DNA of 64,000 nucleotides from Gemmatimonadota bacterium (GCA_039588295.1 JBDHAB010000001.1:1-64000); one strand, 5' to 3'; numbered from the stretch's first letter, positions 20,054 through 29,596 are shown. Made by a program: numbers and translations. Notes: generated by a model not told the origin, from the sequence alone.

Positions 20054-22447
20054 CTAGAACACTACGCCCGAGGCAATCGCCAGTCCCACCTCGTTGAGGC
20101 CAAGCGACGACCAGTTTCGATACAGACTCTCAACCCGTAACGACAAGTACGGAAGTGGCTTGAATCGGAGTCCGAAGGCTCCACCGAATCCCCACTCACT
20201 CACAGCCGGAGCGCCGGTGATCGATGTGCGATCCAGCGCGACGTGGGGTCCCAGATAGATCGAGGAGCCGCCGACACTGAAGAGCAGCGTGGGTTGCAGC
20301 ACGGCGCCCAGAGACCCCTCGTCAGGGGTATTGCCGATGTTGATGATGTTCCGGAATCCGAGTTGTCCCTCTAAGAACAGCCAGGACACGATCCGCCAAT
20401 CAGCGTAGAGAACCGGACGCGCCAGCGGCCCACCTCCCGGGACCGTGACAATCGCCTGATCGTCGGCGCCACCGGTCACGTACGCCACACCGAGCCGAAC
20501 ACCGACTTCCACGATCTCCGTTCGGGGAGCGTCTGGCGTGACGTCCGGCTCCGGGCCTGGTAGTGGTGCACAGTCAGTCGCGCCCTGAATCCACCGCAAG
20601 GCACAGAATGCATTCACGCGTCCATAGCCATGCGTGTCGCTGCGCGAAAGTTCGCCCACTGGGCAGGGAGTGTATCCCGCGTCGTTCTGATCATCGGCAC
20701 AGTTGGCCGGGGTCCCGCCGTCGTCATACTCGATCTTGTCCGCGGTGCGATGAAGGATGTCCATGACATCGCTGGCCGTGAGAGTGGGGTCCAAGCTGAG
20801 CATCAGGCCGACCACGCCCGAGACGATCGGCGTGGCTGCAGAAGCGCCCGAGAAACACTTCGTGTAGTCGAGCTGGTTGGCGTCTTCCGTCAACAGGCAG
20901 CCGGACAGCTCCGGCTTTGTGTTGTTGTAGCCGGCGTTGGTTGTCCGGTCGGCCGTGACGATGCCGGAGACGTGGTCGAGTATGGCGCCGGTACTGCTCG
21001 TGACGGACCCGTCGTTCCGTGCCCAGCCGGGAGCGAGGAGGTCGAGACAATGGCCGTAAGCCGTCCTGCTGCTCCTCGTGTCGAAGTTGTCCGATCCCGA
21101 CACGGTTATCACCTGTGGATGGGAGACCATGTGGGGCGTACAGTACTCGACGTCGTTGTTCCACGTGGCTGCGACCACGACGGCGCCGTTACCGCCTCTA
21201 CCCAAGGTGGTGGCGTTGGTAAGCTGTCCGTCGACCGACCCAGTGAGCGGGCCGGTCCAACTCAGGTTGATGACGTCCGCTCCCATCTCCCAGGCATAGC
21301 GGAGGGTCGTGGCCGTGCCCCACTCGCCGAGCCCGGTGCGCAGGAGCATCATCTTGCACGTCGGACAGACTCCAGTAATGCCCACGTTGTTGTCGCCTCG
21401 TCCGGCGGCCAAGCCGGCAACCGCGGTGCCGTGGCGCATGTCCATCGGATCGTCGAAGCTCTTCGTGCCGCAGGTGTCCGTATGTGCATTGGCAGGGTGT
21501 CCTGTGCAGGACTGGAAATCCCAACCATGGACGTCGTCCTTCTTGACCCAGGGGTCTCCGTTATCGAGCCCGTCTGTCGGAGTCTCGCCCGGGTTCTGCC
21601 ACAGGTTCTGTGCAATGTCGACGTTGAGGGTGTCGAATCCGCCCAACTCCACGATGGCGACCACCACGTTTGGGGATCCGTTAGTGATCTGCCACGCTTC
21701 GGGTGCGTCGATGTCGGCGTCCGTGACTCCGCCGTGCTGCGCGGTGTTGTGGAGATGCCACTGGTCGGGGAACAGCGGATCGTTCGAGAAGGCCGATGAG
21801 GGTATCCCGGGTCTGATGAAGTTCGGGTGCGCGAAGCGCGTCAGTGAGTCCTCGTGGTAGAGGTTGGCGAGATCGAGCGCATCGAGCGTGGAGCGCGGTG
21901 TCGCGGTCAGCGCGTAGTCGTTCTCCAGCAACGCCGTCCTCGCGATGACCTGGACGCCGTGCATCGCGTTCAGCGAGTCGACCTCTTCCTGGGTCACGTC
22001 CGGCAGGAACTCGACCAGGAACTGGTCGGTCACGAACATGGGGCTGGGGTGTGTGGGCAGCCGCGACACGAGTCCTGCGAGGTCCACCGCACCAGCTCCC
22101 AGTGCTACGATGTCGCGGGCGAGTGCAACGAGATCTGCGCGGCTGCGTGGCTCGTCCAGTCCCGCAATGTAGAGCCCACGGCCCATGCTGCGAGCAACGC
22201 CCAGGCCCACACTTCTTCCGATGGCCACGATCGAATCCGACGACGGCACACCCGGCGCGTAGATACCCAAGGAATCGAGGTGAATGATGAGCGGGATCGG
22301 CCCATCGGCGAAGTAGGAGAAGCTCGTATCCGTCGCAGCCTGCGCATTAGCAATGGTCGCAGCACCCGACCAGAGGACGGCTACAAGCATCACCGTGCGG
22401 AGGAGCGAAGGACTGGCGGAGACGAGATTGCGGCGACGACACATCAT
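20054..22447 (-). CDS. S8 subtilisin-family peptidase with propeptide and C-terminal beta-barrel-like domain
   Basis: Signal peptide, DPLFPDQWHL, HGTAVAG, FSGASAATP, GYGRVNA; Pro linker then alternating strands ending in F; GGAGG RBS. Confidence 0.82.
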   Translation of the reverse strand: MMCRRRNLVSASPSLLRTVMLVAVLWSGAATIANAQAATDTSFSYFADGPIPLIIHLDSLGIYAPGVPSSDSIVAIGRSVGLGVARSMGRGLYIAGLDEPRSRADLVALARDIVALGAGAVDLAGLVSRLPTHPSPMFVTDQFLVEFLPDVTQEEVDSLNAMHGVQVIARTALLENDYALTATPRSTLDALDLANLYHEDSLTRFAHPNFIRPGIPSSAFSNDPLFPDQWHLHNTAQHGGVTDADIDAPEAWQITNGSPNVVVAIVELGGFDTLNVDIAQNLWQNPGETPTDGLDNGDPWVKKDDVHGWDFQSCTGHPANAHTDTCGTKSFDDPMDMRHGTAVAGLAAGRGDNNVGITGVCPTCKMMLLRTGLGEWGTATTLRYAWEMGADVINLSWTGPLTGSVDGQLTNATTLGRGGNGAVVVAATWNNDVEYCTPHMVSHPQVITVSGSDNFDTRSSRTAYGHCLDLLAPGWARNDGSVTSSTGAILDHVSGIVTADRTTNAGYNNTKPELSGCLLTEDANQLDYTKCFSGASAATPIVSGVVGLMLSLDPTLTASDVMDILHRTADKIEYDDGGTPANCADDQNDAGYTPCPVGELSRSDTHGYGRVNAFCALRWIQGATDCAPLPGPEPDVTPDAPRTEIVEVGVRLGVAYVTGGADDQAIVTVPGGGPLARPVLYADWRIVSWLFLEGQLGFRNIINIGNTPDEGSLGAVLQPTLLFSVGGSSIYLGPHVALDRTSITGAPAVSEWGFGGAFGLRFKPLPYLSLRVESLYRNWSSLGLNEVGLAIASGVVF

Positions 22448-22470
22448 GACGACCTCCCCAGCGGGGTTGG

Positions 22471-22507
22471 GAGGAGCCCCCCAAGAGGCCTTTGGGGGGC
22501 CCTCCTC
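22471..22507. other. GC hairpin between small peptide gene and S8 gene
   Basis: GAGGAG-CCCCCCAA...TTGGGGGG-CC-CTCCTC imperfect inverted repeat. Confidence 0.5.
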
Positions 22508-22528
22508 GATCCGCCTACAACGTGGTCT

Positions 22529-22717
22529 CTAGGGCCAGCCAGGCTCCAACGGCTCCGGATCGCCGCCCGGGCTCCCGCACTGGCAGTTCCGTTTGACCCA
22601 GTCCTTGTAGCTGGCGGCCCACTTCTTCCACTTCAGCAGCTGTAGCCAACACTGGATGAGCAGCAACAGCAAGAGAATGGCGATCAGCGGGCACCATGAC
22701 TGCAGAACTTCCGGCAT
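22529..22717 (-). CDS. 62-aa small membrane-anchored/secreted peptide
   Basis: Strong RBS AAGGAGG 5 nt before ATG; hydrophobic helix, Trp/Lys-rich segment, CQC, Pro/Gly tail. Confidence 0.65.
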   Translation of the reverse strand: MPEVLQSWCPLIAILLLLLLIQCWLQLLKWKKWAASYKDWVKRNCQCGSPGGDPEPLEPGWP

Positions 22718-22791
22718 CTGGACCTCCTTGTGAGGAGTAGCGTGGAGCGCGCGCCGTTTGAGACGCCCATCGATGAATCGTTCACCTGCAA

Positions 22792-25700
22792 CTAGCGATT
22801 CAACACGGCTGTCACACTGTCGGCCCAGCCGAGGGCAATGAGACGATCACGAAACTCTTCTACCTGTGCTCGACGGCCACTGGCCAGTGCGGCACGCAGA
22901 CGCAGCATCAGGCTCCTCGGCAGGAAGACGAGAAAGATCACGGGTTCCTGGTGGTCGAACGCGGATGCGACCCGCTCTGCGTATTCGTATCGTCCTTTAG
23001 CCAACAAGAGATCCGCGAGGAGAATGCGCTCCGGTGCGAGGGCACCTGTCACGTTCCAGATAGCCGTGCCCGGCACCATGCTCGGAACCAGCGGCTCTAA
23101 TCTGGATAGAGCACTGTCGATCTCACCGCGGGCAGCGGCGAGGTGCGCCTCGAGGTACCTCGCGACCCGCTGGGGTTCTTGCCCGTTAGCTGCTCGCTGC
23201 AACTCCCGGATGATGCCACGGACCGTGGTGTCGCGCCGCAGTTGAGCGCTCCAGGTACCCAGTAGCCAGCGTGTGGCTAGCCCGGCGCTACTGTAGTACT
23301 CACCGGTGAACTGTCGTGCAATCCCTTCGGCCTCTTCAGCCTTGTCGACAAGGGGGGCTCCGGCTACGGCGTCCAACACGAAGAGCGAGAAGACGCCCCG
23401 CGACCCGGCGGACTGTGCCGAGTCCAGCAGAGCAAGGGCCTCTTGGTGTCGCCCCTCGGCGAGGAGCACACTCTGCAGCCCCATCAGCGCAGCCCACCGA
23501 TTGCCGGATGTGGCTTTGGGAGAGCGCAGCACGGCCTCGAACCCAGGTCTTGCGCACGCTGGGTATGCGCCACCCATCGCGAGAGACCGCGCGGCGAGCA
23601 GTGCGCCACTCGGGTCCTCGCTGGCGGTGGCTTGCCATTCGTATTCGTCGCTCCCGGCCAAAGCGCAGTCGCGCATCACGGTGAGATGACTGACCCACCC
23701 GGTGTCCGGCTCTGCCAGCTCGACCCGTCGGATCATGTGTGCCGCGCTATCGGTGTCGCCGTCGCGAATCGCGATTTCGCTGAGGTGAAACAGAGCAGGG
23801 ACGAAAGCAGAATCGTTGTCTAGCGCGACCTCGAAAGCCGCCTTCGCGCCAGCGCTTGACGGCGCCTCTGACGGCAGGAGGTGGTAGTACACCTCTCCCA
23901 GCGCCATTGACGCCTCGCTCCACTCGGGGTCGACGCCCAGAGCCGAAGACAAGGCGGAAACGGCCGAATCGGCGTTTCCGTCCAGATACGCCAGCCAGCC
24001 GCGTGCGAAGTGGCGGTACTTCGATGGCAGGAGCGCGTCGCGGGCCATCGCGGCGTCTATCAGCTGGCGTCCCTTACCGTACTGGTTCAACCAGCTCGCT
24101 GCCTGCGCCCCCTTGACCGCGGCGAACGCCAGCAGCGAATCCTCCCGCACGGCGCGCTCGTAGAACTCGAGGGCAGCTCCAAAGCGGGAATTGCGGTATT
24201 GCCGATCTCCCTGGATCGACAGCAGGATCGCTCCGAGATCTCGGTCAGTATACGGAGACAGATCGATCTCTCTCCCTGGCTCGACGAGCTTGGGCAAGAG
24301 CATCGAGATCGCCCGAATGCCCAGGATCTGTTCGGCGCCGGCCCCCGCCGCACCCGATACGGTCTCCTGGGCAATCACGGAATCGCCTTCAACGTCCTGC
24401 AAGAGCACGACGACGGCCAACGAGTCGGCGTCCGGGCGAATCACACCAGAGGTATAGTAGCGTGCGCCCCGCTCCCGGCTAATGCGCTCCTCGACTTCGG
24501 GTGTGATGAGGCGCGGGTCGGACCGCATCGTCTCAGGGAGCCACCGCCATCCGTCGAGGAACTTGAGGGGCTGAGCATGTTCGAGCGCTCCCCCAATGGC
24601 GAGGGACACGCTCCAACCCACTCCCAGCAAGTTCGCCTCCTGGGAGGTCGCAGCGAAAGGAAATACGATGATCTTGTTGGGATCGAGTGGTCGTCGCGAG
24701 GGCCCATCACCGCTCAAGAAGATCCAATAGGCGGCCACCACCAATGTCACGATGAGCGCCAACCCTGCCAGCGCCTGCACCACGCGGCCCGTAAGAAACT
24801 CGTGGGCTCCAGCTTCCGAGGAGCCCTTCTCGAGTGCACCGGCAAAGTCTCCGGTGGTTGCGAATCGATCCACGGGCGGTTTCTCGAGAGCGCGGAGAAT
24901 GGCTCGCTCAACTCCCTGTGGTACTCGAGGTCGCACCGTCCTCACCGGGGGTGGCGGGAGGGCGACGTGCTTGGCGACGATCGCGCGTGCCGACGGTCCC
25001 GAGAACACCGTCTCACCGGCAAGCATCTCGTATACCACACACGCCAAGCTGTACTGGTCAGTCCGGCCATCCAAGTCGGCTTCCGCAGTCGCCTGCTCTG
25101 GGCTCATGTATCCGGGTGTGCCAATGGCGACGCCCGTGACCGTGAGCTTCGCGGCTCCTGCCTCAGTGAGCGCACGTGCGATGCCGAAGTCGCCCACCAC
25201 CGCCCGCCCGTGTCTGAAGAAGATGTTTGCCGGTTTGATGTCGCGGTGCACGATGCCCTGCCGATGTGCGGCGTCGAGTGCATCTGCCACGTCCCTCATA
25301 ATCCGAAGAGCCTCCTCGAGCGGCAGCTGCCGACCCCCCTTGAGTCGGTCCCGTAGTGAACCCTCCTCGAAGTAGGGCATCACGTAGTACGGGGTACCGT
25401 CGGCGTCACCCGACTCGTAGAGCGGTACGACGTTCGTATGCTCGAGCGATGCCTCGATGCGGATTTCACGCAGGAACCGGTCTACGCCGATGGACTGGGA
25501 GAGGTCGTCCTGTAGCGCCTTGAGCGCCACCTTACGGTCGTGCTTCAGCTCATGCGCCAGGAATACGGTCGCCATGCCTCCGGAGGCGATCTCCTGCTCG
25601 ATGCGATACCGGCCTGCCAGTGCCCGAGTCAGTCGTACCTCGAGTCCGGCTCCTGCAGATGTGTCAATGCTTGGCTCGCCTGGTGGTTCACCCGGTGACG

Positions 25701-26478
25701 GCTTCGTACCAGACGGTGCCCGCAATCGGTCCTTGCCCAGCTCGTGCGGGTCGGGTGTTTCCCGCGACCGAATACGCTCGATGAGCGCTCTCGTTTCCGG
25801 AGACGGATCGAGACCGTAGTCCTCACCAAGCCGACGCACGAATTCTGCGTACTCTCGGAGCGCGGTGGCTCGATCGCCGTGCTTGTCCAGGAGTTTGAGG
25901 AGTCTGCGAAGCGCCACCTCATCGGCTGGCGCGATTCGCGATGCCCACCTTGCGCGTTCCACGGCGCTGAGATAGTTGCCTGCCTGTTCGTGTCTGTCGA
26001 CGAGAGCGAACGCTGCTCTGAGCGCATCCTGCCGCAATCGCGAGCGCTCTTCGTCGGCCCAGCGTTCGAACTCCGGTGCATCGGATACGTAGAACGCGTC
26101 CAGAAACTCTCCCCGGTACAGCTTTAGCGCTTCCTCGTGATCTGAGTTGGCTATTGCCGCATCGAACGCGCGCACGTCGATGGAGAACGACTCGGCGTTG
26201 AGCGCCACTTCTCCGTCGCCTCGCGACAGAATCGTGTCTTTCCCGAGATTGCCCCGGAGCACGTGAAGGGCCTGGTTCAGCGCCTTTCGCGCCCGCTGCT
26301 GCGACGCTTCGGCCCAGTACAGCCCGAGAAGCTTGTCCCGGCGGTGGAAACCGGGCGGCTGAGCTGCGGCAAGGTAGGCCAAGACGGCAATCCGCTTCGG
26401 GCGCTTCTGCAGCTCCGTGATGTCATGCCCGGCCGCGTCGCGTACCTCGACAGCGCCCAGCAGACGCAGGTTAATCAT
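22792..26478 (-). CDS. SARP/BTAD transcriptional-activator domain + Ser/Thr kinase + TM + TPR protein
   Basis: LRLLG, LYRGEFL, FERWADEER, YGLDPSPET (BTAD); GGMATV, VALK, HRDIKPAN, DFGIA, GTPGYMSPEQ; TM; TPR-like helices. Confidence 0.88.
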   Translation of the reverse strand: MINLRLLGAVEVRDAAGHDITELQKRPKRIAVLAYLAAAQPPGFHRRDKLLGLYWAEASQQRARKALNQALHVLRGNLGKDTILSRGDGEVALNAESFSIDVRAFDAAIANSDHEEALKLYRGEFLDAFYVSDAPEFERWADEERSRLRQDALRAAFALVDRHEQAGNYLSAVERARWASRIAPADEVALRRLLKLLDKHGDRATALREYAEFVRRLGEDYGLDPSPETRALIERIRSRETPDPHELGKDRLRAPSGTKPSPGEPPGEPSIDTSAGAGLEVRLTRALAGRYRIEQEIASGGMATVFLAHELKHDRKVALKALQDDLSQSIGVDRFLREIRIEASLEHTNVVPLYESGDADGTPYYVMPYFEEGSLRDRLKGGRQLPLEEALRIMRDVADALDAAHRQGIVHRDIKPANIFFRHGRAVVGDFGIARALTEAGAAKLTVTGVAIGTPGYMSPEQATAEADLDGRTDQYSLACVVYEMLAGETVFSGPSARAIVAKHVALPPPPVRTVRPRVPQGVERAILRALEKPPVDRFATTGDFAGALEKGSSEAGAHEFLTGRVVQALAGLALIVTLVVAAYWIFLSGDGPSRRPLDPNKIIVFPFAATSQEANLLGVGWSVSLAIGGALEHAQPLKFLDGWRWLPETMRSDPRLITPEVEERISRERGARYYTSGVIRPDADSLAVVVLLQDVEGDSVIAQETVSGAAGAGAEQILGIRAISMLLPKLVEPGREIDLSPYTDRDLGAILLSIQGDRQYRNSRFGAALEFYERAVREDSLLAFAAVKGAQAASWLNQYGKGRQLIDAAMARDALLPSKYRHFARGWLAYLDGNADSAVSALSSALGVDPEWSEASMALGEVYYHLLPSEAPSSAGAKAAFEVALDNDSAFVPALFHLSEIAIRDGDTDSAAHMIRRVELAEPDTGWVSHLTVMRDCALAGSDEYEWQATASEDPSGALLAARSLAMGGAYPACARPGFEAVLRSPKATSGNRWAALMGLQSVLLAEGRHQEALALLDSAQSAGSRGVFSLFVLDAVAGAPLVDKAEEAEGIARQFTGEYYSSAGLATRWLLGTWSAQLRRDTTVRGIIRELQRAANGQEPQRVARYLEAHLAAARGEIDSALSRLEPLVPSMVPGTAIWNVTGALAPERILLADLLLAKGRYEYAERVASAFDHQEPVIFLVFLPRSLMLRLRAALASGRRAQVEEFRDRLIALGWADSVTAVLNR

Positions 26479-26525
26479 GCTGCCCCCCCGAAATCACCCG
26501 ATACAGGGTATCGCGTGATCGAGCA

Positions 26526-26625
26526 GTGACCGCCCGGTGGCCGTCACGGATTACCGTAGCCGCAAAGGTAAACGCCGGGCGACCTGTCGCTAGGGTGACC
26601 AGACACCTAATGCGTGACCGCCCGG
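26526..26625. repeat. Direct repeats in divergent promoter, candidate SARP operator
   Basis: GTGACCGCCCGG exact at 26526 and 26614 (88 bp apart); GTGGCC at 26537 and GTGACC at 26595. Confidence 0.5.
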
Positions 26626-26658
26626 AACAGACAACACTCGATCTCGAGGAGGGAAGTT

Positions 26659-27066
26659 ATGAGAACCGCAACACTGCTCACCGTTGGTGCCCTGCTGGCG
26701 ACTGTGGGTGCGGGGGTCGCAGTAGGACGAGTGGCGGCTGACCATGATGAGGTCGCAGGCCCGATCACCAGGGCTGACTTGGACCACGGGTCGATCACGA
26801 CCGTCTACGATGCGCTGCGGCAAATGCGTCCGGCCTGGCTATCGTCTGTGTTCACAGAGGACGGGAACCGGCCTGTGGTGTACATCGAGCTACCGTGCAC
26901 GCAGGTGACGTGCTTGAGATGGCTCGCAGCCGACAAGGCCGAGGAGGTTCGGTTCGTGGCCTCGGAGGGCGTAGGCCCTGCGCGCGGCAAGCAGGGCAAT
27001 GGTGCGATCGTGGTCCGGCTGCGGATGCACTTGCCCTTGCAGGGTCCCCACGCAAATTCTCGCTAA
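26659..27066 (+). CDS. Small exported protein resembling an isolated TonB-receptor plug domain
   Basis: Signal peptide; ITRADL...TVYDALRQMRPAWL, PVVYI, EEVRF, GAIVV; GAGGAGG RBS. Confidence 0.55.
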   Translation: MRTATLLTVGALLATVGAGVAVGRVAADHDEVAGPITRADLDHGSITTVYDALRQMRPAWLSSVFTEDGNRPVVYIELPCTQVTCLRWLAADKAEEVRFVASEGVGPARGKQGNGAIVVRLRMHLPLQGPHANSR

Positions 27067-27177
27067 CGCCACCGACACGGTGCGTGTCCCGGCGACTGCG
27101 AGACCAGACGCCGAGGGGGGAGACTCCCTCGGCTTCACCCCTTCCGCCCCGGTTCCTCACACGACTCCCCACAAACC

Positions 27178-27264
27178 GGAGTCGCAGTCGCGCTCGTGGC
27201 GTGTTTCGCTCCGGCGTCGCGAGCGACCAGCGTCGATCCGCTGGCGGTCATGCAGGAGGAGTCA
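27178..27264 (+). pseudogene. Orphan 3' fragment of a FtsX/MacB (ADOP-type) ABC permease
   Basis: Translates GVAVALVACFAPASRATSVDPLAVMQEES, matching the VALxAC..PAxRAxxVDP..AL..E C-terminal signature; no gene body upstream. Confidence 0.6.
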
Positions 27265-27411
27265 AGACCGCAACGCGGCGCGTTGCGGTCGGAAGACGTG
27301 GCCTCCATTTTGCCTCCCCACTAACGCACTTGTTCACAACCCGAACGCGCTTCACCGAGGAGTCCTGCAAGCCACTGACCCTCGCCTGCACTGCGAGGTG
27401 CTCGAGCAGCG

Positions 27412-29355
27412 TTACGCCGGTACCGGCTGTCTCACCCAGCTGTTGTTGGCGCGGTTGTCGTCCGGGTAAACGCCGCGGGGGTCGATCTCCACTCGCACCA
27501 ACTCTCGGTCGCTGGGTACCCGGTAGATGAAATTGGGACCGAGCTTCCACATCTCCACGGGCAACCGCACGGTCTCCAACGAACCGTCAGCGAAGGTGAG
27601 TTGCAGTTCTACGGGCATGAGGAGCGTGCCTCGGTTTGTCAGTCGGATCTCGGTGTCCGGGCCCTCCGCACTCACCTCCACTCCTTCGACTGCCTGATCC
27701 AACCGGGCCGTCGAGTAGATCCAGCTGCGCCAAAACCAGTCGAGACTCATCCCCGCCGCGTCTTCCATGAACCGGAAGAAGTCGGCCGGCGTGGGGTGCT
27801 TGAAGCTCCAAGCCATCGTGTACTCCGAGAACGCGCGATCGAACCGCTCTCGGCCCAGCACCTCCGTCTGCAAGAGATGCAGCATCAGGGCAGGCTTGAA
27901 GTACGCCGCCCAGAAGAGATCGAGCTGCTCGTCGGGCGGCAGGGCCATTGCCTGCTCTCGCCCCGAAATCGCGTGTACCGCGTAGAGATGCAGTGGCTGA
28001 AGGTCGATGGTGTCGCCGAACGCCTCACCGGCGAAGTACTCCTCGACCGAGCCGATATCGATGAATGTGTTGAAGCCCTCGTCCATCCACGGATGCAAGC
28101 GCTCGTTCGAGTTGACCACCATGGGGTACCACTCGTGGCCGAACTCGTGCGTCAGTACCCAGTAGAGCTCCTCACGAGATGTCCCGGTGGGGACGAACGT
28201 GAGCATGGGGTACTCCATTCCGCCGTTCGGTCCCTCAATCGTCGTGGCGTGTGGCCAGGGGTATCGAGCAAGCCGCTCGGAGAAGTGCTTGATGCTGACC
28301 CATGACATCCGGTTCGCCTCCTCCCACAACGTCGCTTCGGGCCGGTAGAACGTCTGGATCAGAATCCCGTCCCAGTTGCTCGCATCCCAACGGAAGTCTG
28401 GCGCCATGGCAAACGCGAAATCGCGCACGTTGGTGGCGGAGAAGCGCCACGTCTTGGCACCGGTGCGTGCGGCGTCCCGCGCCGCCAACGCCTCGTCTCG
28501 CGTGATGACGGCGACAGCCCGCTCGGAGCGGCGTGCGCGAGCGAGCCGCTCACGCTGCGCCACGGTGAGCACCGCTTCCGGGTTGTCGATGGTTCCCGTC
28601 GCCACCACCACGAATCTCGCCGGCACCGTCAGGGTCACGTTGAAGTCGCCGAATTCCTGATAGAACTCGCCAGCGCCAAGGAACGGGTGGATGTTCCAGC
28701 CGCTCACGTCGTCATACACCGCGACTCGAGGATACCACTGGGCCACTTGATACAGCGTGCCCTCACGGTCCATGCGACCGTATCCGTACTCCGGAATGGT
28801 CCAGCGCCAGGCAAGCTCAAGTTCGACCGATTCACCCGAAGGGAGTGCCTGCGGCAGCTCGACGCGAGCGATCGTCCCGAAGACCTCGTAGGACAACCGC
28901 CGGCCGCTCGATGCCACCCGGTCGAGCGTCATCCCACTCCCGCCCCTGCACGAGAAGTCGAATACCGCTTCGCCAAACAGGAGCGGCGGAACGTTCAGCA
29001 CCGATGCCTTGCTGCTCGGATCACACAGATTGGCATCCAGTTTGAGCCAGAGAAATGACAGCACATCAGGCGAGTTGTTACGATATCGGACCGTTCCCGA
29101 TCCGGTCAGCAGGTGTGTGTCCGTGCGGACTTCCGCCTCGAGTGCGTAATCCACCTGCTGCTGCCAGTAGTCCGGACCTGGGCGGCCGGCAGCAGTCCGT
29201 ATGGCGTTGGGTGCCGGTAGGTCGAGCGGCGAAAACGGTGACCATTCGGCCCAGCCGCGCGACTCCTGGGCTTCAACCGACGGCAGCGCGCCCACTGCGA
29301 GTGCGCCGACTGCTAGGACGATCCAGCTACAGAGGGCTCGCACGAGAGCTGACAT
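27412..29355 (-). CDS. M1 family zinc aminopeptidase, exported
   Basis: GGMEYP, HEFGHEW, WMDEG; signal peptide; AGGAG RBS. Confidence 0.88.
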   Translation of the reverse strand: MSALVRALCSWIVLAVGALAVGALPSVEAQESRGWAEWSPFSPLDLPAPNAIRTAAGRPGPDYWQQQVDYALEAEVRTDTHLLTGSGTVRYRNNSPDVLSFLWLKLDANLCDPSSKASVLNVPPLLFGEAVFDFSCRGGSGMTLDRVASSGRRLSYEVFGTIARVELPQALPSGESVELELAWRWTIPEYGYGRMDREGTLYQVAQWYPRVAVYDDVSGWNIHPFLGAGEFYQEFGDFNVTLTVPARFVVVATGTIDNPEAVLTVAQRERLARARRSERAVAVITRDEALAARDAARTGAKTWRFSATNVRDFAFAMAPDFRWDASNWDGILIQTFYRPEATLWEEANRMSWVSIKHFSERLARYPWPHATTIEGPNGGMEYPMLTFVPTGTSREELYWVLTHEFGHEWYPMVVNSNERLHPWMDEGFNTFIDIGSVEEYFAGEAFGDTIDLQPLHLYAVHAISGREQAMALPPDEQLDLFWAAYFKPALMLHLLQTEVLGRERFDRAFSEYTMAWSFKHPTPADFFRFMEDAAGMSLDWFWRSWIYSTARLDQAVEGVEVSAEGPDTEIRLTNRGTLLMPVELQLTFADGSLETVRLPVEMWKLGPNFIYRVPSDRELVRVEIDPRGVYPDDNRANNSWVRQPVPA

Positions 29356-29596
29356 GACGGTCTCCTGGCGCTGACGGTCAACGGGACCAGCGGGACACAC
29401 GGGATCCACCTCACGGGCACCGGGGATTACCACAGCGAGTCCCGTACTCCAGCTTCCACCCATGACGTTCCACAAGAATACGGCTGGGACTCTTGAGGAG
29501 CCAGCGTTCGGGAGGGGCGTTCGCACCCCACCATTGCCGCTCATCAGAGCCTACTGCATTTTTCGCGAGCACGAACCCCGAAGAAGGGGCACTCCC

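Noticed and set aside
20630..25356. Plus-strand ORFs 20630-21799 and 24010-25356
   Set aside because: Antisense to well-supported S8 and kinase genes
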